This document shows, piece after piece, positions 55,471-64,000 of a stretch of 64,000 nt of DNA. The DNA is from Ophelia neglecta (lineage: Eukaryota). Under the pieces are notes generated by a model. It was not told the DNA's origin. It worked only from the letters and a program-made list of their open reading frames with translations, and did not search any database. The stretch spans positions 19,406,001-19,470,000 of the forward strand of contig OZ260664.1 of assembly GCA_965285935.1 (NCBI GenBank), given 5' to 3'. The translations under genes and the position numbers were made by a program. Positions within the stretch are counted from its first letter, which is position 1, and every line of letters starts with the position of its first letter.

Positions 55471-58453
55471 ATTTAAAATTTTAATAATGCATAACTCGTT
55501 TGAGTTGATTTACCTTTATGGTTGTACATTATGATGTAGCAATGCGACGGAGGCTTATCTGGATCATGTAATGACATGGAAACTGTAAACATGTACAATA
55601 CAATCGTAATTACTATCAATGTGTGAGCATGAATGATACTGAAGAGCCTTTGTGGGCCAAAATTCTCAAAAGAATCAAGAAAGCTAAGCGGTTACCATTT
55701 TTTTTGAATACCACACTGCTATATATTTATGGTTCGTATCTGATTCGTAACACCTTTAATTGGTGTCGGTGTGAAATGAATTTAAATAATATGTTTGAAA
55801 ATGCATAATATATATATATATATATATTAGATGATAAACCCAATGGATGCCATTTTAAATGAATTTACTATATAAACTTCGTATAATGGCTTTTTTTACG
55901 CACAAAATACCTCCTGGGTTTGGTCATTCATAACAGCGGGAATGTGAATCCAGCAAAAAAAATTAACTAAGTAAGAGAAGTAAATTATTTTGTGGTATTG
56001 CATGAAAATCGAATCGAATTATCTCAACAGGGAAACTAAAACAGGCGTGCTCTTTTAGCTTCTGAAATTCCATTTGTTAATGGAGGTTATGCCCCTTGCT
56101 TCTGAGGCTTAATGCCAATTTGGCCTTAACGGTGTCGACAATTTTGTTCAATTGAATCACTGCCTATGTTTTAGAAAATCAATAGTCGATATAAAGGTTT
56201 TCATTTGTGGTTTAGAGAGTTGAAAGCGCGGGTTTATATTGACAAAGTGTCCACCTTATGGATGTTTTATGACCATGGTGTTCGTGCGGTAAGAATTTTA
56301 TTAATTTGCTTCATTGATAACGTTTGTACACAATTGTTACTCAATAAAATAGAACAGTCTGAGCGAAATAGCAGTTTAAGGTATTCTTTGATGCATTCAC
56401 ATATAATGAATCACTTAAATATCATTGGTGGTGTTCTTTCAAGGCAGCTGTGTTGTTTCAACTGACGCAGACACGGATAAGGGTGCGATCCGACGTTTAA
56501 GCTCTTACGACTCTGTTCGAAACTTCCGGTTGATCAAAACATGAATATGTTATGTTGCATTTCACTTGCTCATTTAAGTTCACGTATAGTTGCGACATAG
56601 TTCTTTTGGGAAAGATCGATGATATTCTGTCGTACTGTACCGTGGGGTAAGTCTGCTTGAGTTGGCACTAAAATGTTTTTGTGCCTTTCCCGGGCAATGA
56701 GGGAAGGCCACCCGGCAGTTAACGACGTAGCAATAGTCTGGTTATAGTTTGCCTGATAAATCGCACTTGCTAGGCGAACTGAGGAAAATAGAAACGTTTT
56801 AGAACATTAAAAAAAGGATGATAGCAGCAACAAGTACGCAAAAGGTTGGTTTATTTTTATAGACATACATACCTTGTTTTGAAGAAACATTGACTGGATG
56901 CGAGCCAAAGAATTAAGATTTGTGCAAATGAAGGACGCATGTAGTGTGATTCAAGGCACACTCAACATGCAATGATTGATCGAGGCTCAATCACACTTCT
57001 TTCTATAAGGTAGTCTGTAATGCCCTCAAAGGGTGGAACGTTCCTGTAACACAAAATCTGCTCTGCGAGAATCCGTAGAAAATAGAGCAATGTAATTAGG
57101 AAATGGCGTCGGCCGGTATTTAGAATGCTCTTTTAAAAATCAAGTACTTAAGAAGGCGAGCCACGTTCAAAGAGGAAAACATGAATGGATATTCACCCCA
57201 TCGTAATGGATAGACATGATGCATTTGAGAAAACCCACAACCAAATATATCAAATGGATTATTGGTTAAAAAGCATATCCAAAATTTGGCTGCCTTTCTA
57301 CAGCTGGCGGCGGGTTCTTGTGGAGCTCTAGAATTATTGTTAATGTACAATACTCCAGAACACGTCACATAAGTCTGCCCACACCAAAACATCTTAATTT
57401 TTCTATATGGAACTGTTGATGGTATTGTCACGGGTAAAATTTCGCATGCACAAGTGGGAAATTATGGCTCTTCTGATATTTTATCAAACTATTTTCATTT
57501 CTTTTTGCTTTTAAGCATTTTACTAGCCCCTGGAAACTGTGCGTAGATCATTTCTAGGAATTGTCCCGATGCAAGCCGGCCAGATTTACACCGAGTAACC
57601 TTACAATGCCCTATATTGAACTTGAGAAGCGTGATATGGTACATGCAATATTACTTGTTTATCTTTTCACTCAGCCGAAGACCAAGCTATGCATGCATTA
57701 CAAAATATCTGCATAAAGGTTCAGCCATCGATCACATGATACCTCTTCCTGTCTACTAAGCCGTTGTTCTTTGCAGACGACATGCCTGACATCAGACCTC
57801 TATCGACGAGAGCAGCCGCTTGAATTTTGTTTGATCACGTGCGCAGCCAGTCTGCGAATAAAATGCCAGAGAGTCCCGGAAGATGTCTGGCTGAAAGTCA
57901 GTTTACACGATCAAAGGTGGAAGAGTAACCATGAATTTAAAGGAGTACACCTGAAAAAAGTATTGCTCTTCGTAGCTTCGGGAGTATGAGATTTAGGAGA
58001 ATATATATGGATAGCGCTTTATTTCTGCAACAGTTTTGCAACCTTATTTAAAAACACCATGTCTTTCAATGGCTGCCTTATTTGGACACCATCAAAACTA
58101 GTATAATAACTATAGTTCATTCAGTAATTCACTAATAACAACGAAATTATATTATTGAACAACTCTGTCAGCTTTACATTAACTGCATACATGATGTCCA
58201 TTATCTCCAATGTCGAATGGATTTGTGTTATATATATATATATATATAATATATTTCATGAGTTTTAATGCCTATAATCCTGCTTCATTTGATCGTGACA
58301 AGCATACCTCAGCCAGGATCAGATTACACTGAGAAAGCAACTGTATTAATATTCTCTAGGGCATCTATTAGCTCTGTCGGGTTGGCAGTGAGCTTCATCC
58401 ATTACCGGCGTTCTTATGTTTAGTATAAGTAAAAACACGATGGCTCGTGGTGT

Positions 58454-58630
58454 CTTATGCATTGGCCCTCGGGCATTTGTCGTAGAAGACTGGAAGTGGA
58501 TTTGATCCGAGTAGTTATCAGATAGCAAATTTACGATATCAGTAAACGCATGATATTTCTTACGCATTGGCCCTCTGATATTTGTTTGAGACTAAACGAG
58601 GACTTGATTCGAACGAACAGTCGTCAGATC
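58454..58630. repeat. Diverged tandem duplication, period about 105 bp
   Basis: CTTATGCATTGGCCCTCGGGCATTTGT..GACT..GGATTTGATCCGA..TCAGAT aligns with CTTACGCATTGGCCCTCTGATATTTGT..GACT..GGACTTGATTCGA..TCAGAT. Confidence 0.7.
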
Positions 58631-59843
58631 TTTTGGAACGACGTTAACGGTAATATGAACGGCGTCATCCTGGTTCATGTTTTTTTGCTGTTTTTACATC
58701 GATAGACACAACACTGTGTCAGGGGATTCATTAACTCACCCCCCCCCCCCCCCCACATGTTAAGTAGCATTTAATTTGCGACCCCTTACCCCTTTCCTCT
58801 AAGATTGTCTTGCCACCCGGTTAATCCGGGTGGTGGGGGCTTGGTGGGGCGCGGGTTAATACGGCCATAGTCTGACAATGGGCTAGGGGTTTGTACTTGA
58901 CTGTACTGTGATGGTTTTGTTGCAGCCGATGTAGTTAATTTGTTGAGAAGATTCATTTTGAAAAGCTTTCCAGATGAGTGTATTGAACAGTTATAATTCA
59001 TGCTATTAGAATGGCAGTTATATGCTTTTATATATTAAATATACTCTTTCCATGTAAGGTCAATATCAGGACACTTGAAAATTATAAGAAAGTTTACTCT
59101 CTCTATTTATTTACCTATAATTACTAGGTGATTTGTACGAAAGATGTTCTATCTTTTTCAGGAAATATCATCAGTATGTTTTATGATATTCAGTGTCAGT
59201 TTTTTACCTAAAAGTCACTTAACAATATTTGCGACCTCCTTTTTCACAGTATCAATCATCACATTTAAATCTTTAACAGGATCTCGTCGGCCTGCAATCA
59301 GACCTACAGTATACTTTGCTGACTGATAGTCCCAAACAAGAGGCCGTCTGCTGTTGTCCCAAATCATGATTGAAACAAACATGACCAGGTCCCAAGGACC
59401 GGTTATTGATGTTTGACGGGGATTCGTTCTGATCCTTGGCAATTTATTACACCGAGAGCAGTCATTAGACGGTCGTCGTTGAATGGTCAGTATGATTTCT
59501 AAAATGCAAACTTCTTTATACGCTCTTGATTGAAATTGACCGTTTTATGGACACTTCCTGATTAACAATTGTGTGCCTAGTATCAACTCGCGTTTTGCTG
59601 ACATGAAACTGTACTTTAACGTATTAGATTTTTTGCTTTTTCCTCCTTTCAAATCAGAGTCACTTGATATTGACTCCAAATAGATATATAGAGACATTAC
59701 CGTTTCAGTCTTTAAAAATAAATCCAATAAGAAACAACCAAAGGGGTTGTCAGAGGTTATTTTTTGTTAAAACATTGTTGATAAAATTAACTAATTAACT
59801 GTCAGAAGCGTTTATTATTATACGAAAATATATCATATATATA

Positions 59844-60021
59844 CAGTAAAACCTGTGACTTAAGAATACCCAAGGGAATGAAAAATACTGGTCTGATTTC
59901 AGAGGTGGTCTGTTGAGACAGGTTGATTAACATTGAAAGTATACTGCATGGTTCTCATATAATTGGTCTGAATTGACAGGTGGTCTGATTATGGAGGTGG
60001 TCTTTAAAGCAGGTTTCACCA
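59844..60021. mobile_element. Second, diverged copy of the same MITE in opposite orientation
   Basis: It reads TA|CAGTAAAACCTGTG...GAGGTGGTCTTTAAAGCAGGTTTCACC and aligns end to end with the reverse complement of 47075-47251 (shared AATACTGGTCTGATTT, GAGGTGGTCTGTT, ACATTGAAAG). The right terminus and TSD are mutated. Confidence 0.85.
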
Positions 60022-60693
60022 CATACTATGCTATCTGCAACTTTCTCCCATCTGCTTGAGTTAAAAGTACACATTTTATCGTTTATATGCAGCTTCTGCA
60101 TATGTCTATCTTAATTAAGTGTGTTTAATCTGATCAGTCGTGTAGGCGTAACTGCAACTTGACCTGAAGTACAGCTGTAAGATTAATAGATTCCCAACCG
60201 CGAATCCGGTGGGCCCTTGCTCCTAACGAATGAATGAACACCATAGGGCATAGTATATCCTGATCAAATGTAAAAGGAAGAAGAATGGGGAAAAGCAAGG
60301 CTTGCACGTCATTGTTATTACCTAAAACCTGTCGCTGCCCACGCTATAAAGACCAGAGACCAAGTAACAAAAGCCTTTGATTGTGACACAGGTTGGGTTG
60401 TTTTACCACAATCTCGCATTGCCCAAATTAGTCGGTCACTTGAGAATAAGAACAGAAAGCTTGCTCTATGTTGCAGTCAGCTCCCTGTAGACTATATTTG
60501 TCATTCATCTCGACCGGTTTTATTGAAAGGAAATGAATGCAAACAAAGACATCGACAATTGATTATCGGAAATGTTAACGATACAACGTGGTGGTGCAAG
60601 TACGAATAATAACTCCTAATGAATGTAGGTGATACAGGAGGACCTTTGCGCATGTCTCCTTTGGATAAGATTGCCTTTCCTTACCATCTTTAA

Positions 60694-60923
60694 ACGGCTT
60701 TTGATTAAAAGCGGAGGCGCGGAGCTTTGCGAAGGTGAATCCCGAAATTAGAACAGAGCACTAGACCTATCAAACCTGTCCCTAACCCTTCCCCTAACCC
60801 TAAAATTAACCCTCCGTCCTAACCCTTTCCTTGCTGACGATTATTTGCTTCATGCCACTCAGAAATACTCATGACCTCCACCTCCGCATAGCCGTCGCAC
60901 CTCCGCGTTTAATCAATAGCCCT
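60694..60923. mobile_element. 230-bp TIR element flanked by TTAA (Kolobok-like non-autonomous element) with internal CCTAACCCT repeats
   Basis: The left end is TTAA|ACGGCTTTTGATTAAAAGCGGAGGCGCGGAGCTTTGCGAAGGTG. The right end's reverse complement is TTAA|AGGGCTATTGATTAAACGCGGAGGTGCGACGGCTATGCGGAGGTG, giving an imperfect TIR of about 45 bp. The superfamily is inferred from the TTAA TSD and AG terminus only. Confidence 0.78.
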
Positions 60924-63900
60924 TTAAATTCAGTATATACATTTATGTAAATGAATATATATAGCATATGGATTTATGGGTCAATCAAGAATGCCCAACA
61001 CTAGACAAAGGCGCATCAGTCTCAATGTTATATATTCTTTGCCAAGTAAACTTGTAGTCAAAGAAGATGGGAGTCGATTCCCATACAAAGGGCAAGCCTA
61101 TGTGTGAAACATCATAATTGGACCAAGTGTTAAAGTTGACAATTTCTCACCTTACTTCAACAGAAGTATCTCCGAGGGTAAAATGATGACCTGGGTTTGA
61201 GCAGAACCGTTAAGGCTTCGCCAATCATTGTGCTGTTGAGGCGTTATTACATTGCCATCGACAACATACTCTACACTCTGACATTTAGACGTGTGCCGAT
61301 ACTATGCATGGTCAAAATAAATGTATTCTTCTATTTTAGTCTATTTAGGAAATACATTGTGGATATTCAAATTTTATGATACCAATAAAGCCATACAATT
61401 CATGCTTTCTTCTTTTCGTTCAACAGCTGATAAAATTTAGTTCCAATGATTATTGTATCAAATGTTAAATATCTACATTAAACACTAGACGGATTATTCT
61501 TTATTGCAGCGGCGACGACAGACCTACACCTGTTATGCAAAACCCCAGAGACTAATAAATTTCTGCCTCTGGCTAATACCTCGTAGAAGCGCGAAGGACG
61601 TAGAAAACATTGTCTCGGCAACAGAGAATTGTATAGAAATTATTGGAATATTTTACAGGTAACTCGTGTAGGGCCCATTTCGCTAAATCGATGGACTTCT
61701 CGGCAAATGACTAACCAAACCTAAAATGCGAAGGGCAACTTGCTGGTGTATTATACACGTTTCAAGATGTAGTGCTCTCGTCGCGTGTTACAACCCAATC
61801 TAATAGCATTCACTGAATGTAAGCACAAAACCAAACCCGATAATGCCTTTTATAAAGCAAAGATATCTTGTCAAATTACCTTGTGCTAAATACAATATGC
61901 AATGTTGACTGTGTTGACTTTGAATATCACACTTCGAGTACCATGAGCGAAAGCACATTTACCAGCCCTGGTTAGATACTTAAAATTGCACTTCTATTTG
62001 AATATCCAGCTTTTTAGCATGATATTTAAGAGAAACTCTCGTGTAAGATAATTTCATTTATCAAAGACCGAACATAAGAACCACACAAGCGAGTAAAGCC
62101 AATCATTTGTCATTCCTATTGATAAATTCAAATGCGTCTGCTTGAAAATCATTCATTCGAGTATTTAATCGATGAAACCACAGGCAAAACCGTTAAGGCG
62201 GTAAATATGTCAGAGTTTATTGAACCCAGCAAAACATAAAGTTTAATTGAAACGAAATAAATTGCAGGCGTCTACAGAGCCTTTGTACTTTTCAATTTGG
62301 TTTATCGGTTCATTTTATTTTTACAAAATCACTCAGTAAAATTTCCAAGCTAATCAATAACAAACAGTGCTGAATATGGAAATTGCTTTTAATCAAAGAA
62401 TGTCATTGCTGTGCTTAAATGACTAATTGATGAATAAACCCAGGATTTAATTACCTGAATATTAAGAAGAAACAGGACGCATAGGAAAAGAATTGTTTAG
62501 CATTTTGTAAAAGATCAAAGAGTGTAATAAAGTCAGAGAGTAAATGGCATGTACTCAAACGATTTGCCTCTAAGAATGAAAGCTTTGATTGTTTTTTTCT
62601 TTAGTAGATTAATACATCAGTTTGTTCGACAACAGAGAAGTGCATAGAACCTGATTTTATCACCTGGTTTTCTAGCCTTTCTAAAGCATAGAGATAGTTA
62701 GCAAAAAGTCCTCATTTCTTCCAGACTGTTTCAGCTGCATCCTGTCATCTCGTATATATTTCATCGGTTGTTGAACATAGTCTGGTCATTAAGAACGTAT
62801 TTTGTTCTTCTCTGCGCTTTCATCGTGCATTTTAACTAAAACATATTTTTATAGCAAAATGTTAATTTGTGCCTTTTAAGATTGTACTTAGTAAGGTTTC
62901 AGAAATAACGCCAATCATGTTGGTTTGACAATATTCCGTCCAGGTTTAATACATATAATGGCTTCCTACAGGACACCAGACACCCAGAGCAAAATCATTA
63001 AGTCAGACCTGCCAATCAAATCGACCCGAAATCATCAGGAGCAATCAGGATCGTGCCTCTACAATGCGGACGCATTTTATAGTAGCCTCTTGAGTATCGA
63101 CCTTGCGAAGGCTGCCGGCTATTCAGTCTCGTCGCAGTGTATATTATAGATCGTAACACTATAAAAAAGGTATAATCGCTAAACAGACAGGTGGATGATG
63201 TGCTAAAATACAGTTAAAAGAATAGAATAAGGGAATGCTGCCCATCAACGGTCTAAGTAGCAATAGCAGAAATGTGAACGTGTTCAGTGTATTTTTATTT
63301 TGTCACTTATGCTAATTTCATGGAACTCTTCTTTGAATTCAATTGAGACTTTATATGAGCTTGGTCGATTTTGCTATCCATGAACGAGGAAAATTAATTT
63401 ATGGAAAATCGAAATCATAACTTTGTTACAAAACGTGAAAATAAAAGGCTATTTTGGGCTTTGAAGAAACATAAATATAAATAAGAACTCCCATTGGCGC
63501 TGTCGTTGGTGTTTTTTCATTCTAAACATGGTGGATACATTTCACCACTTATTGTCGGAAGTAGGCCTTTTTGTCATTTTGTCATTAAAAGAAAATAAAT
63601 CATCTGTATATCTAAATGAAGAAGAAAATTCCTGGCTATGTTCAACTTGTCACCCTGACGTAGCAACGGAAAGTAAGAAAGATGCTTAAGTCACTAGCAG
63701 TTTAAAGAGTACACTGCACACGGTGAACTTCTTGTGTTTACGGGGCCGATGTCTTATCACCATGTATAACTACCCATCACTATGTAGGGTGCCGCAATTA
63801 GCCTAGCAAATGTATAGGGTTCGCGCTGGTTCATGTATCTGCTTAGGAAAACAAGTAATTACAGGTTGCCAGCAATATATATTTGGTGAAAAGCATATTT

Positions 63901-64000
63901 GGGGGAATTACAAACTTGTCATACTTAGTTTCAATTACATCAACCAAATACATGACAATCAGCAAACTCTACAAAGGTTTTAATTTTCCTTTCATTGTAA

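Noticed and set aside
1-64000. CRISPR arrays, operons, prokaryotic defence systems and the remaining 60-130 aa ORFs
   Set aside because: No regularly spaced repeat-spacer structure or dense coding is present. The short ORFs mostly have non-ATG starts and random AT-biased composition. Small exons of a large-intron gene could still be undetected.

Overview
This is AT-rich, gene-poor eukaryotic DNA, most likely from an invertebrate animal; it shows GT-AG introns, a tRNA-derived SINE, LINE and BEL relics, and MITEs. I can support one protein-coding gene: a 5-exon, + strand carboxyl/cholinesterase-fold gene (14444-18805, about 619 aa). It has a signal peptide and a transmembrane helix with a short cytoplasmic tail that the ORF track misses. 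Its nucleophile Ser is replaced by Gly (GTGAG), so it is probably a non-catalytic, neuroligin-like cell-surface protein. Reading through the exon-4 donor would instead give a short hydrophobic, GPI-signal-like end followed by an intronic AATAAA, suggesting AChE-like switching of the membrane anchor. The rest is intergenic DNA with a decayed, internally deleted BEL/Pao retrotransposon (about 27.0-30.0 kb), two CR1/L2-group LINE relics, a LINE 3' tail, a Meta-type SINE, two copies of a TA-TSD MITE, a TTAA-flanked MITE with telomere-like repeats, and simple repeats. I saw no prokaryotic systems, CRISPR arrays, rRNA or intact tRNA genes. All family calls come from motif recognition by eye, not database searches.
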